A stretch of DNA of 64,000 nucleotides, from contig CAZKPP010000003.1 of the NCBI GenBank assembly GCA_964554665.1, positions 5,194 through 69,193 of the forward strand, read 5' to 3'. Both the position numbers and the translations under genes were made by a program. The notes below the pieces were generated by a model. That model was not told the origin of the DNA. It saw only the letters and a program-made list of their open reading frames with translations, and did not search any database. Every line of letters begins with the position of its first letter. Position 1 is the first letter of the stretch. Below are positions 1 to 9,724 of this stretch, in pieces. The DNA is from an uncultured Bacteroides sp. (GTDB taxonomy: Bacteria; Bacteroidota; Bacteroidia; Bacteroidales; Muribaculaceae).

Positions 1-109
1 GAATGTCATCGGCAACCATTCCCAGTTCAACGATGTTCTTGCCGTTGCCCGGATAGCGAACGGTTTTCAGGACGTCGAGAATCAGGTTAGGATATAAGGG
101 CTGGTTCAT
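1..109 (-). CDS. Mrp/ApbC-type Fe-S cluster carrier ATPase, N-terminal fragment (gene runs off left edge)
   Basis: Not in ORF track (no stop in window). Reverse strand from ATG at 109 reads [36 protein letters not shown], like the DUF59-type N-terminus of Mrp/NBP35 proteins. Overlaps the trmB 3' end by 23 nt. Confidence 0.45.
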   Translation of the reverse strand, partial: MNQPLYPNLILDVLKTVRYPGNGKNIVELGMVADDI

Positions 110-854
110 TGTCGTTGTAATTTCGTCCGTAGCTGCGATATGAGTCAAATTCAATGTCAGATGCGTCAGGCTCTTCGAGCTTTGCCTCGGCCGGTAGTCT
201 GAATGCCAGATACTTGATTGTCAGCCCGCGCGAAAGCCATTGCTTTTCGTAGTGAGTCCTGATATTGAGAATGCGGTCAACGCCTTCGGGGTTAGCATAA
301 AGGTCGTCGGTGCGCTTAACCACCGGCAGCTGATTGAGGTCGACGAGCCTTGAGGTGTATTCAAACAAAAACGGGCTGTCGGTTTTAAGGTTTACTATGC
401 CGTCGGGGGTCAATATCTGCCGATACATCTCCAGAAAGTTGGTTGCCGTCAGGCGCTTCCTAACCTTTTTCATTTGCGGGTCGGGGAAGGTAATCCATAT
501 TTCGGCAACTTCGCCGGGCGCAAAAAACTCGCTTAGCAGCTCAATGTTAGTGCGCAGAAAACCAACGTTTTCCATGCCGGCAAGGTGAGCTTCTTTGGCT
601 CCGGCCCACATACGTGCGCCTTTAATGTCGATGCCTATGAAGTTGCGTTCTGCATATTCGCGCGCCAGGCCGACGGTGTATTCGCCGCGGCCGCAACCGA
701 GTTCAAGCACTATCGGATTGTTGTTTTTGAAGAATTCTTCGTGCCAGCGCCCCTTAAGAGCAAAGCCTTCTTCGCGAAGTTTGCCGAAAGGAACCTGGAG
801 CACCCGCGGGAACTCCTCCATTTCGGCAAATTTGCGCAATTTATTTTTGCCCAT
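87..854 (-). CDS. trmB: tRNA (guanine-N7)-methyltransferase
   Basis: 255 aa. SAM-binding motif [13 protein letters not shown] and TrmB-type core [15 protein letters not shown] at 854, 2 nt downstream of the LRR gene stop. Confidence 0.9.
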   Translation of the reverse strand: MGKNKLRKFAEMEEFPRVLQVPFGKLREEGFALKGRWHEEFFKNNNPIVLELGCGRGEYTVGLAREYAERNFIGIDIKGARMWAGAKEAHLAGMENVGFLRTNIELLSEFFAPGEVAEIWITFPDPQMKKVRKRLTATNFLEMYRQILTPDGIVNLKTDSPFLFEYTSRLVDLNQLPVVKRTDDLYANPEGVDRILNIRTHYEKQWLSRGLTIKYLAFRLPAEAKLEEPDASDIEFDSYRSYGRNYNDNEPALIS

Positions 855-856
855 TT

Positions 857-2074
857 TTAAAAAGCAACTTTCTCGGCGCCAAGATTGGAAACTACCAGGT
901 AAACGCCGTTAGGCCAGCCGCTGACGTTGATTCTGACATTGCGGTCAGATTCCACAGCAACCATTCGCATGCCGGCGCTGTTGAACACGGCAACCGTTCC
1001 GAGCGGCTGCGATGCCGATGTAATAAGAATCTGACTGTCGCTAACCTTAACTTCCATAGCTTTGTCGGCCGAGGTGGCAGAGGTTATATCAACCGTTGAC
1101 GAGTGCCAATCTTTTTCGGCCAGGATGTTGAAATTTTTCCATTGGTCTGCCTGGCTATATTCGTCAACCATGTCGTCGGGGGTAACGAGGGTTACCTTCG
1201 ACTGGTCAACGTTGGCCCACACGTTGGAACCGAGCTGAGGCACTTGTGCAACGTCGTTGACTCTGAGGGTCTCCAGACCGGTCATCGAAGCCATGGCCTG
1301 ATTGTCGATGTAGTCAACATCTGCCGGAAGTGCGAGCGAAGTGATGGTCGAAGCGCCGTAGAGCGAGCCGGTGGCCAGTTCTACGGTGGCGGGCGGAAGC
1401 ACCAGGGTTTCGATGCCGTTACATTCGGCAAACGACCATGCACCGATGTCAGTGCAGTTGGCCAGAGCCGAAAGGTCAACTTTCTTGATAGCGATGCAAG
1501 CCTCAAAAAGGCCCTCGGGCAGCTCGGTGGCCGACGAAGCGATTTCAACAGTAGCCAGCTTCGGGCAGTTGGCAAACGCGCGAGTGCCAAAGCTCGAAAC
1601 GCCGTTGACTTTCAGGTTCGTCAGCGATTCGCAGCGCATGGCGGCATAATCGCCCACGCTTTCAACCTTGTCGGGAATGTCGAGCGACGTTATGCCGCAG
1701 CCCGACAGGGAGCCTTTGCCGATTGCTGTCAGCGACTTGGGCAGGGTTATCGACGTGAGTTCGCTCATGCCGGTGAGGGCGTAGTCGGGCAGTGTGTTTG
1801 CCGGCGACGCTTTCAGGCCGGTGTAGGGGAGCGAAGCGCCGTTATAGGCCACGATGTTGACTCCGCTGATATTCAGCGTTTGAAGGTTGGGCAGGTTATC
1901 GAGAATGTAATGGAAATCCGTGGCATCCATCTCGCCGGTAATGGTCAGCGAGGTTTCGGTGGGTTCGATGCCCATGACGGAGAGTTTTCCGGCCTGAAGG
2001 CCTTTGACATCAACTGCCGAGGCGGCAGCGACCACGTTCAGGGCGGCGAAAAGGGTTATAAAATTCTTATTCAT
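857..2074 (-). CDS. BspA-type leucine-rich-repeat surface protein with T9SS C-terminal sorting domain
   Basis: 405 aa with a signal peptide. Repeated LRR units ([61 protein letters not shown]). C-terminus [38 protein letters not shown] resembles the Por secretion tail. Confidence 0.75.
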   Translation of the reverse strand: MNKNFITLFAALNVVAAASAVDVKGLQAGKLSVMGIEPTETSLTITGEMDATDFHYILDNLPNLQTLNISGVNIVAYNGASLPYTGLKASPANTLPDYALTGMSELTSITLPKSLTAIGKGSLSGCGITSLDIPDKVESVGDYAAMRCESLTNLKVNGVSSFGTRAFANCPKLATVEIASSATELPEGLFEACIAIKKVDLSALANCTDIGAWSFAECNGIETLVLPPATVELATGSLYGASTITSLALPADVDYIDNQAMASMTGLETLRVNDVAQVPQLGSNVWANVDQSKVTLVTPDDMVDEYSQADQWKNFNILAEKDWHSSTVDITSATSADKAMEVKVSDSQILITSASQPLGTVAVFNSAGMRMVAVESDRNVRINVSGWPNGVYLVVSNLGAEKVAF

Positions 2075-3767
2075 TGCTAATTATCGCTTTTATAGGGGTT
2101 GAGAGTTGAGATGACATTAGAATATAAACACCGGGTGTCAGTTCAATAATCTGATTGTTTTCAACATTATTGAGTTTCTTAATCAGTCGGCCCGATGGGG
2201 TGAAGATGCTCAGTGAGCTGATGGTTTCAGTGCAGCTGACCAGCAGGGCACCCGGAATAGTGGAGATGCCTGCGGCGGTTGCTGTTGACGGCGCGGAAAT
2301 GCCCGCGGATGTAACCGATATGGAGTTGCTTTCGGGCGAGTAATAGCCCAGGCGCACACTCTGCACCGTGTAGCTTTCCGAGCCGCAGAAGTCGGTTATC
2401 AGCAGCGATGTGTCCTCGGCGAGCAGCTGTTCGGTATTGGCGGTCGAGCCATCGTATTTCGTGCGGTTCACTACCCAGTAGTCAACCGTTTCAGATTCGT
2501 CGTAGGTCCAGTTGGCTACGTAAGATGTAGCGGAGATGTTTGAGGCCGCTTCGGCAACCGGCGCTGAAAGGGTAGGCACCGGCAGGCATTCGCCGCGCAA
2601 CCCTACGCCTACGCTTCCCTCCAGGCCTGCGCCCGAAATTACGAGGCGGGTGGTGTGCAGCCCCAGCTCGGTGGGAGTGTAGCTAACCGTTACCCATTGG
2701 CCGGAAGGAGAGTTGGCAACCGATGCCGATACCGAAGCCTGATTGGAGCCTTCTACGGCAAATTGCGACGCCCCCGAGGTTTCGGCGTTGTCATATATGC
2801 GCAGGCGCAGCGATGTGTTGGCCGTGAGTTTCTCACCATGTATCAGGAGGCGGGCAGTCATGGTGCTCCCTAACGCTACCTGGCCGAATTCCAGAACGCT
2901 GCCCTGGGTCGGATTTATCAAGGTTGGCACTCCGGGTGTATAGTTGCCGTCGATATGTTCGCTCAGAATAAAAGCGTCGCCGCGGTTGCTGCCCCATATG
3001 TATTCGGCCAATTCCGGAAAGTCGATAAACGGGTTGCGGTTGTTCTGAAACGAGTAAACGGCCTCGTTGCGGTCAATTTCTTTCTGCGAAACCGGGTCTT
3101 GTTCGTTCCATTCGAGCAGCAGCTTCTGACTCCACTTGTTGAGGGTGGGGTAGGTGTTGTTATCGACCATGAACGTGTATTTCCAGTGCAGGTTCTGATA
3201 GCAGGTTGCCATGTAGAAATACGTGCGGGCAAAGTCACCTTTATATTCATCAGCCGGCTCAAAAACCAGCGATGCGCCGCCGCCCTGACCATCAACGGCA
3301 AAGCCTACGGTGGTGATGCCGTTCTGAAAATTTACGGGCTTCGTGCGGTCAACAACTCCGAGCGGATAGTTGCTTTTGGCCATATTGGCTGCCGCTTCCG
3401 ACGGATAAAGGTGATTCAGGTCAATATATGCCGGAGTGTCGGTTGACCCGCCCCACCAGCTTTTCGGAAAAGAGTGCTCGCGGTTTAGTCCCTTAAAGGA
3501 GGGGGCGTAGAAGGGAATGTTGGAATACATATCCCACCAGCGCGAGCTTTGGGGGTAGACGTCGGTTTTCTGGAAATATTGCGGCAGGTTGTTATACGAC
3601 GAAATCAGCGTATGAGGATTGATTATAGTGTAGAGAGCCGTTTTCAGCGCCGCTTCCGTTTTGCCGTCGATGGCGTTATAGTAGCCCTTGGGTATAACGC
3701 GGTCGGCTGCGGCCGACGTAAGGGCGGCAGCAACCGTTAGCGAAATGAAAAAGCGTCGGCCAAACAT
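2067..3767 (-). CDS. secreted endonuclease I family nuclease with Ig/Fn3-like region and T9SS C-terminal domain (paralog 1)
   Basis: 566 aa with a signal peptide. Endonuclease-I motifs NREHSFPKSWWGG, DLNHLYPSEAAANMAKSNYPLG and NRNPFIDFP. C-terminal tail SIFTPSGRLIKKLNNVENNQIIELTPGVYILMS. Its ATG at 3767 abuts the stop of the upstream paralog. Confidence 0.8.
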   Translation of the reverse strand: MFGRRFFISLTVAAALTSAAADRVIPKGYYNAIDGKTEAALKTALYTIINPHTLISSYNNLPQYFQKTDVYPQSSRWWDMYSNIPFYAPSFKGLNREHSFPKSWWGGSTDTPAYIDLNHLYPSEAAANMAKSNYPLGVVDRTKPVNFQNGITTVGFAVDGQGGGASLVFEPADEYKGDFARTYFYMATCYQNLHWKYTFMVDNNTYPTLNKWSQKLLLEWNEQDPVSQKEIDRNEAVYSFQNNRNPFIDFPELAEYIWGSNRGDAFILSEHIDGNYTPGVPTLINPTQGSVLEFGQVALGSTMTARLLIHGEKLTANTSLRLRIYDNAETSGASQFAVEGSNQASVSASVANSPSGQWVTVSYTPTELGLHTTRLVISGAGLEGSVGVGLRGECLPVPTLSAPVAEAASNISATSYVANWTYDESETVDYWVVNRTKYDGSTANTEQLLAEDTSLLITDFCGSESYTVQSVRLGYYSPESNSISVTSAGISAPSTATAAGISTIPGALLVSCTETISSLSIFTPSGRLIKKLNNVENNQIIELTPGVYILMSSQLSTPIKAIISNE

Positions 3768-5468
3768 TTATTTTACGAGTGCTTTTACGGGTCGGCGGTT
3801 GGGGGTACGCAGAATATAGAGGCCGCGGGGCAGGGAAATCCATGCGCCGTCGGTAACTTCGGTCAGAGTAGCCGCAGTGCGTCCGTTAGGTTCGTAAATA
3901 ACGATTTTGCTCAGGGTGTCGGTAGAGAAGATGCGCAGTCCGCCCTGCTCAACCGAGATGCCGAAGTTGCCCTCGTTTTCGATTTCGGAAATCGAGGTCT
4001 GATTCACCGTAATCGAGTTGCTTTCGGGCGAGTTGATGTTTGAATATACGGCGCGCACGGTGTAGCTTTCGTTTCCGCCGAAATCTGAAATTGCAAGCGA
4101 GAACTCGTTGTTAAACGACTGCTCTTCCTTAACGGTTGTGGCAGAGCCGTTTTCGTTGTAGATGGTGCGGGTAACCACGTAGTAGTCAACTTTCTGGCCC
4201 GAGGGGTCTTCCCAGTTGGCAATATATGAGCCGGAGGTTACGTCGGTGGGGGGTAGAGCGTGGGGAGCAACCAGTTCGGTAACGGGCAGACCTTCGCCGC
4301 GGAGGGTAATGAACGTGTTGCCGGTCAGGCCGCCGCCTCTGATGCGCATACGGGTTTCGTGAACGCCTCGGCTGTCGGGGCGATATTCGATTCTAACGCT
4401 TACGCCGCTTGCGCTGTTGGCTGCGGCACACGAAACCGTGGTTGTTGCGCCTTCGTCTACCGAGAAGAGAGCTGCGTCGTCGGTCGACGAGTTATCGTAG
4501 ATAGCCAGCGAAAGCGGAGTGGTGTCCGAGAGGTTATTGCCCTTGATAACCAAGGTTGCATAGCCGGTTTGGCCAATGATTACCGAACCGCAGTCGATAA
4601 CGTCATCTGCCTGCGGCTTAACGAGTTCGGGTGTCTTATCCGGCTCAATGCCGAGGTGGTCGTTTAGGTTGAAGGGTTCGTTGACCTTCGAGCCCCAGAT
4701 ATATTCCGCAAGGTCGGGGAAGTCGATAAACGGGTTGCGGTTGCCCTGTTCGCGATAAACGCCTTCGTTGCGGTCAATTTCCTTTTGGCTGACTACGTCG
4801 GTAGAGTTCCAGCGCAGCAGCAGTTCCTGACCCCAGGAGCAAAGGGTGGGGTAGTCTTCTTTGGTGAACATAATGCCCCATGAAGCATCGGTCTTCCACG
4901 TAATATCGGGGTAGCGGGCCGCCATGTAGAAATATGTGCGGGCATTGTCGCCTTTATATTCGTCGGCCGGCTCGTAAATGTAGCCGCCCTGGCCGCCGTG
5001 GCCGTTTTTAGGCTTGCCGATAATGGTTACGCCGTTGGTCCATGTGGGGTTATCGGTTTCGCCGAGCGGGTAGTTGCTCTTGCGCGAGTTGGCGTTGGAG
5101 TCCGAGGGATAAAGGTGGTTAATATCCTTATAGGCAGAGTTTTTAGTGCCGCCCCACCAGCTGTTGGCAACGGCGTGCTCAATGTTCATGCCGCCATGGC
5201 CCGAGCTGGCATATCGTTTTTCGTTGCTGTAAATATCCCACCAGGTGCCGTCAGGTTTAACCTCAAAAGTTTTGAAGGCATTCCAGGTTTTGTCGCCGTA
5301 TGATATTTCCTTGTGGTTCTTGATGGCGTTGTAAACGGCTCGCTTGAGTTCGGCTCCTTTTTTGCCGTCGAGCTCGTTGTAGTAGCCTTGTGGAATATTG
5401 CGTTCGGCCGCGCTGCCCATAAGGGCCAGAGCGGCGGTGAATGATGCGAAAACTATTTTAAGGTTCAT
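3768..5468 (-). CDS. secreted endonuclease I family nuclease with Ig/Fn3-like region and T9SS C-terminal domain (paralog 2)
   Basis: 566 aa, same architecture as paralog 1. Motifs NIEHAVANSWWGG, DINHLYPSDSNANSRKSNYPLG and NRNPFIDFP. C-terminal tail VIYEPNGRTAATLTEVTDGAWISLPRGLYILRT. Confidence 0.8.
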   Translation of the reverse strand: MNLKIVFASFTAALALMGSAAERNIPQGYYNELDGKKGAELKRAVYNAIKNHKEISYGDKTWNAFKTFEVKPDGTWWDIYSNEKRYASSGHGGMNIEHAVANSWWGGTKNSAYKDINHLYPSDSNANSRKSNYPLGETDNPTWTNGVTIIGKPKNGHGGQGGYIYEPADEYKGDNARTYFYMAARYPDITWKTDASWGIMFTKEDYPTLCSWGQELLLRWNSTDVVSQKEIDRNEGVYREQGNRNPFIDFPDLAEYIWGSKVNEPFNLNDHLGIEPDKTPELVKPQADDVIDCGSVIIGQTGYATLVIKGNNLSDTTPLSLAIYDNSSTDDAALFSVDEGATTTVSCAAANSASGVSVRIEYRPDSRGVHETRMRIRGGGLTGNTFITLRGEGLPVTELVAPHALPPTDVTSGSYIANWEDPSGQKVDYYVVTRTIYNENGSATTVKEEQSFNNEFSLAISDFGGNESYTVRAVYSNINSPESNSITVNQTSISEIENEGNFGISVEQGGLRIFSTDTLSKIVIYEPNGRTAATLTEVTDGAWISLPRGLYILRTPNRRPVKALVK

Positions 5469-5496
5469 TGCTCTTTAATTTTGTTCTATCAGAGAG

Positions 5497-5504
5497 CAAA
5501 GTTA
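5497..5504 (-). promoter_or_regulatory. Bacteroidetes -7 promoter box (TAACTTTG on minus strand) for the nuclease operon
   Basis: Plus-strand caaagtta is the reverse complement of TAnnTTTG, 29 nt upstream of the ATG at 5468. Confidence 0.5.
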
Positions 5505-5543
5505 CGAAAAATTTGCGAAATTTGAAAGGATTTCGCCAAAAAC

Positions 5544-5894
5544 TTATGAGTTGAGCAGCCTGAAAAGTTCTTCGGGGGAAATGTCGGCGCGCTGCATTTC
5601 GCGGCGCAGGTTGGGCAACGTGCTGTCTATAAACTCACGGCGGAAAAAATCGCGTAGCCGCTCGCCGGCGTTGTCGGCTACGTAATATCCCATGCCCCGG
5701 CGTTGAAAAATCACTCCGGCGTCGCTCAGCATATCGTAGGCCTTCATTACCGTGCGGTTATTCACCGCCAACCCTACGGCCAGCTCTTTGGTCGAAGGCA
5801 GTCGTCCGCCTTCGACCCACGCGCGCGAGCTGATCTGCGCCACGCAGTAGTAGGCAACCTGTCGGAAAATCGGTTTATCGGCTTCGAATTCCAT
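5544..5894 (-). CDS. GntR family (YtrA-like, short) transcriptional regulator
   Basis: 116 aa. Winged-helix segment LPSTKELAVGLAVNNRTVMKAYDMLSDAGVIFQRRGMGYYV. ATGA overlap with the upstream membrane gene. Confidence 0.85.
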   Translation of the reverse strand: MEFEADKPIFRQVAYYCVAQISSRAWVEGGRLPSTKELAVGLAVNNRTVMKAYDMLSDAGVIFQRRGMGYYVADNAGERLRDFFRREFIDSTLPNLRREMQRADISPEELFRLLNS

Positions 5895-6607
5895 CAGAGC
5901 TGTTTGCGGGCTATGGCGCGCGACGCTTTATAGGTGAAAAACACGAAGCAAACCGCCCAGAATGCTATGATGATAGGCGCTGCGGCTGCCATCGACGTTT
6001 CAATGTCTCCGCCGGTGATAGCAGTGAAAAAGCCTACGAAGAAGCCTAAAATGCCGTCGAACAGCAGCGTTGACAGCCCCGCAATAATCGACTTTACAGC
6101 CCGGCTGGAGCGGGCGGCGAACACTGTCCACAAGGTCAGCGCCTCTCCGGCAAACATCGACAGGAGCGACATGGCCACTACCATTGCGGGAGAACCAAGC
6201 GAAATGTTGCTGTTGATAATTTCCATGGCAAACTCTTCTTTGATGTTTATGCCACAGAGTTTGGCCGGAATGAAGAGCAGGAACATGCCCACGAACATTA
6301 TGCCGAAAATCGCCTCGCACTTTTCATAGCCCAAAACAGGCAGCGAGTAAAACACCTCTTTGTTAGCCTGACGGCAAAGGAAAGCCGGCGCGAGGATTAC
6401 GGCAAAAGTGATTACTGACATTACCTGAATGGCCCACTGATAGCTGATTTTTGAGAAGAAAAAGTTTACCAGCAGCGTAACCACTACGGCCAAGATCGGG
6501 TAGATGATAACCATTGGGCGCAGCGACGGCCAGAGGAAACGCACGAACATTTTTATTCGGCGCCAGCTTGTAGCGTCGGTATTTGAAAGGATTTCAGCGG
6601 ATTGCAT
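5894..6607 (-). CDS. polytopic membrane protein, probable permease partner of the adjacent ABC ATPase
   Basis: About 6 hydrophobic helices and no recognisable family motif. The track start at 6646 is TTG. I prefer the ATG at 6607 (MQSAEILS...), which overlaps the ATPase stop by 14 nt. Confidence 0.55.
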   Translation of the reverse strand: MQSAEILSNTDATSWRRIKMFVRFLWPSLRPMVIIYPILAVVVTLLVNFFFSKISYQWAIQVMSVITFAVILAPAFLCRQANKEVFYSLPVLGYEKCEAIFGIMFVGMFLLFIPAKLCGINIKEEFAMEIINSNISLGSPAMVVAMSLLSMFAGEALTLWTVFAARSSRAVKSIIAGLSTLLFDGILGFFVGFFTAITGGDIETSMAAAAPIIIAFWAVCFVFFTYKASRAIARKQL

Positions 6608-7409
6608 GATTGTTTTTAATTGCGAGGTAAAGAAGTTCGTAGTCAATGGCTGTTTCCAGGTTGCCCGGATTGGCGATTACGCTGTGGTTGCGCCCGAATC
6701 GCTGACGGGTAAACAGGGCATTTTCCGGCGCGGGGCCGTCGGTAACGACGAATGCGAATCGTTCGGTAATCTCGTCGACGGTGGCGCTCAGCAGCAGTTC
6801 ACCCTTGTCGAGAATCAGGAGCGAGTCGTAGAGCGGCAGCAGGTCCGAAAAGTTGTGGGTGCTCACAATTACCGTGGTTTCCGGGCCGATGCAGCGCGCC
6901 ATCATGTGCTGCAACTGTTGCTTCGATTCAATGTCGAGGCCGGTAGCGGGCTCATCAAGCAGCAAAATCGGGGTTTGCAGCGCCAGGGCGTAGGCAACCG
7001 AGGCTTTCTGGCGCATACCCATCGACATTGCCGAAAACTTTGCGGGCCGGTCGATGACGAATTCCGCTAAATTCTCGTTGAGAATGTCGGCCGAGAACCG
7101 AGGGTAGAAACAGGAGTGAATCTTAACCAGTTCGTCGATGCTAGCGGCGGGCATCTCCATGTTCGCTCCTACGTAGAACACCTTTGACAGCACCGACGGA
7201 AGCCGGAAGCGAGTCGGACCGCCGTCGATCAGACATTTGCCGGAAGTTGGAAAGCGCAGGCCGTCAATCAGGTGAAGCAGCGTGGTTTTGCCGGCGCCGT
7301 TGGCTCCGAGCAGCAGGTGCACTCCCGCGCCGAGCTTCGCTGTTACGTTGCTCAGCGCGAGGGTGTTTTTGCTATAGCTGTAGTTTAGATTCTGCAGTTC
7401 AATTACCAT
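6594..7409 (-). CDS. ABC transporter ATP-binding protein
   Basis: 271 aa from the ATG at 7409 (MVIELQNLNYSY...). Walker A GANGAGKTT, signature-like MSMGMRQK, Walker B ILLLDEP. The track ORF extends to 7484 into the upstream gene. Confidence 0.85.
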   Translation of the reverse strand: MVIELQNLNYSYSKNTLALSNVTAKLGAGVHLLLGANGAGKTTLLHLIDGLRFPTSGKCLIDGGPTRFRLPSVLSKVFYVGANMEMPAASIDELVKIHSCFYPRFSADILNENLAEFVIDRPAKFSAMSMGMRQKASVAYALALQTPILLLDEPATGLDIESKQQLQHMMARCIGPETTVIVSTHNFSDLLPLYDSLLILDKGELLLSATVDEITERFAFVVTDGPAPENALFTRQRFGRNHSVIANPGNLETAIDYELLYLAIKNNHAIR

Positions 7410-8295
7410 AAGGCTCAACCGTATAGCCGGCGTTGCGGAGTTGCTCAATAAGTCCTTCGGGGCCGGGCAGGTGGCCGCAGCCAACGGCTAAAAGAATGGT
7501 CTTTTCAGGCATGATTTCGGCCAGTTTAGCAACCCAGTTGCCGTTGCGGTCTGTAATCATTTTTTTCAGATCTTCGGGTTTGCTGTCAGGGCAGTTAAAC
7601 ACCTGCTGCTCTATGGCCGCAAGGTTTTGGCTCATATATGCTTCGGTGAGTTTGCGGGCGCTTTCAACTGCCTTGCCTTCAAGAATTTGCTTCACACCCT
7701 CCATCAGGTCTTCGGCTTGCTCGGTCAGCGGGGCGCCAAAAAGCAGTTGCAGCTGCTCTTCAATGGTTTCCATGGCAATCATCTCTTTCGATGCGGCGCG
7801 ACCCATTGCCTGAACCTGACCGTCGAGCTGCTGACCCGACATTACTGCCCGGGCCACTTCGGGGGGCATGGTGGCCAAAGTTTCCATAAGGGCCATTTGA
7901 GTGGATATGGCGGCTGGTTTCAGCGGGCCGATAGCGTCGATGCTCGCGCCGGGGCCCATATATTTGGCCATGACTTTCATAACCGAATCTGCCTGCTCGG
8001 GAGTGAGCAGTTTGCTCAGCGTAGAGTCGGCCGGTGCCATCATATATTGCATCATCAGCGGGGCCTGCGCTGCCTGGTCGGCCATGTCTATTTCGCCGCC
8101 TACGGCATCAACCACTTCTATGGCCGCGTTGAATCCCTTGATGGAGTCGAGAATTGAAATGGGCGCTAAATGGTGGGTGCCCAGCAGATATGATTCGCCT
8201 TTGGCTCCGTTGCCGCTTACTTTCCACAGCAGCTGCGCATTTGCCCCGAGGGCCGATGCAGCTACTAATAACAGTGATAAAATCTTTTTGCTCAT
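7399..8295 (-). CDS. TraB/GumN family protein (periplasmic)
   Basis: 298 aa with a signal peptide. N-terminal LLWKVSGNGAKGESYLLGTHHL and C-terminal LLAVGCGHLPGPEGLI are typical of TraB/GumN. Confidence 0.75.
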   Translation of the reverse strand: MSKKILSLLLVAASALGANAQLLWKVSGNGAKGESYLLGTHHLAPISILDSIKGFNAAIEVVDAVGGEIDMADQAAQAPLMMQYMMAPADSTLSKLLTPEQADSVMKVMAKYMGPGASIDAIGPLKPAAISTQMALMETLATMPPEVARAVMSGQQLDGQVQAMGRAASKEMIAMETIEEQLQLLFGAPLTEQAEDLMEGVKQILEGKAVESARKLTEAYMSQNLAAIEQQVFNCPDSKPEDLKKMITDRNGNWVAKLAEIMPEKTILLAVGCGHLPGPEGLIEQLRNAGYTVEPYGN

Positions 8296-8342
8296 AATCT
8301 TAAAAGTTAATGTTTGGTGTAGTGGTGCACATAACTACACCG

Positions 8343-8350
8343 CAAAGGTA
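8343..8350 (-). promoter_or_regulatory. -7 promoter box (TACCTTTG on minus strand) upstream of the TraB/GumN-ABC-GntR cluster
   Basis: Plus-strand caaaggta, 48 nt upstream of the ATG at 8295. Confidence 0.4.
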
Positions 8351-8383
8351 CAACCTTTCCTCCAAACCACCAAATTTTTCACG

Positions 8384-8441
8384 AAAAAAACGAACCACCC
8401 GAAGATAAACCCTGCAGTTGCAAGAGTTTGTCTTCGGGTGG
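8384..8441 (-). terminator. rho-independent terminator after the porin gene
   Basis: 11-bp stem ccacccgaaga (8395..8405) pairs with tcttcgggtgg (8431..8441). On the minus strand it is followed by ttcg plus a T7 run (A-run 8384..8390 on plus). Confidence 0.55.
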
Positions 8442-8461
8442 AGGTAATGTTAAGAGAGCGT

Positions 8462-9724
8462 TTAGAAGGTTACTGCGAGCTGGACTTGCAGGCGGTTGGC
8501 GTGGAGCGAGTTGGAGTCGAAGGTTTTGCGGTGGCCGTAGTCATATTCAATGCCTGCGGTCAGGAACTTGTTAACGTTGTAGATAAGGTTGGCTGCAACG
8601 TAGTCGCCATATTTGTACTGGTCGGTCTGTCCAACGGTTCCGTCGGGAAGGAAGTTGGTCAGGTGGCTATAGCTGGCGTTTGCGGTGAGGCGCGGAGTAA
8701 TTACGTAGCTCAAGCCTGCGGTAAGACCCAGGTTGCGAGTCATTTGCAGCTCGCCGGGAGTTTCCGTGGCAACGGCGTCGACGCCGAGGCCGTTATCGTC
8801 TTGCAGATAGTTGGCTATGCCGCGGCCGTATGCGGCGCTATAGTTAACGCTAAGCGGGCCAACTACTTTCATGATGCCCGACAGCTGCACGCCCAAACCG
8901 GTCAGCGCTTTGTTAGTGTCGCCAACAAGGTCGCGATACTGCATGGGGCGAACCAGGCCCGACAGGCGAACGTGGGAGTTGCCTCCTTGCCAGCCATATT
9001 GAACATAGACCGGGAACGACGGTATGCGCTGGTTAACCTCTTGGGTAGTGGCGCCGGTCGAGAGCGAAACCGATGGTGCATCGAGGCCAACCGATGCCGA
9101 CCAGTGCTCCGAGAAGTGTTGGGTCCATGAAACCGTGAAGAGCGAAATGTCGGGGTAGCCGTTAGGGCCTTGGTTGTCGATAGTTACGGGAGTTGCCGCG
9201 CCGTCGTTGAATTGCGATGAGGTGTAACCGGCGGTAAGACCGCGATAGCGCACGTATGCGTGCGAAACGTTGAAGTTGCCGTTGCCGCCGTTGAAATTAC
9301 CCTTGAAGAAGAGGCCGAGCTGGTTGGCGGTGCCCGGCATGGCCAGCACGTTAAGGGTTACCGACGAGGTTTGCCATGCAAAGCCGAGGCTGCTGCGGTT
9401 GCCGCGCGGGGCGGGCTGCAGGTCGGCGGGTATGAAGTTTACGGTTGAGGGCATTTCGTCGCCGAAGTCAATTACTCCTTCGCCGAGAAACTGTGCGCTG
9501 AGGCCTATATAATAGCGGTGGTCTTTACCAACAATGGCAAAGCGGGGCAGTGTGCTGTTGCGCGGCGAGGCCGGAGCGTTCTCTTTAAAGTGCTTTTCAA
9601 CGCGCTCGGTATTTACTGTATCGGAGTTGATAACCGTTACGTTGCGGCCCGGAGCATCATAAATGCCGGCTGTGGCTGAAAATGTTGCAGCCAAAGCCGC
9701 CAGAGGAAGGTAGATTTTTTTCAT
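8462..9724 (-). CDS. outer-membrane porin-like beta-barrel protein
   Basis: 420 aa with a signal peptide. Alternating beta-strand pattern and aromatic C-terminus LQVQLAVTF. Confidence 0.6.
   Translation of the reverse strand: MKKIYLPLAALAATFSATAGIYDAPGRNVTVINSDTVNTERVEKHFKENAPASPRNSTLPRFAIVGKDHRYYIGLSAQFLGEGVIDFGDEMPSTVNFIPADLQPAPRGNRSSLGFAWQTSSVTLNVLAMPGTANQLGLFFKGNFNGGNGNFNVSHAYVRYRGLTAGYTSSQFNDGAATPVTIDNQGPNGYPDISLFTVSWTQHFSEHWSASVGLDAPSVSLSTGATTQEVNQRIPSFPVYVQYGWQGGNSHVRLSGLVRPMQYRDLVGDTNKALTGLGVQLSGIMKVVGPLSVNYSAAYGRGIANYLQDDNGLGVDAVATETPGELQMTRNLGLTAGLSYVITPRLTANASYSHLTNFLPDGTVGQTDQYKYGDYVAANLIYNVNKFLTAGIEYDYGHRKTFDSNSLHANRLQVQLAVTF

Noticed and set aside
7901-9130. 409-aa plus-strand ORF, and similarly 1103..2080, 6504..7070, 20486..21007, 40170..40946, 46155..47138 and other long antisense ORFs in the track.
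   Set aside because: All lie opposite genes with strong family signatures. Some cross intergenic regions, and none has recognisable motifs, so I treat them as shadow ORFs.
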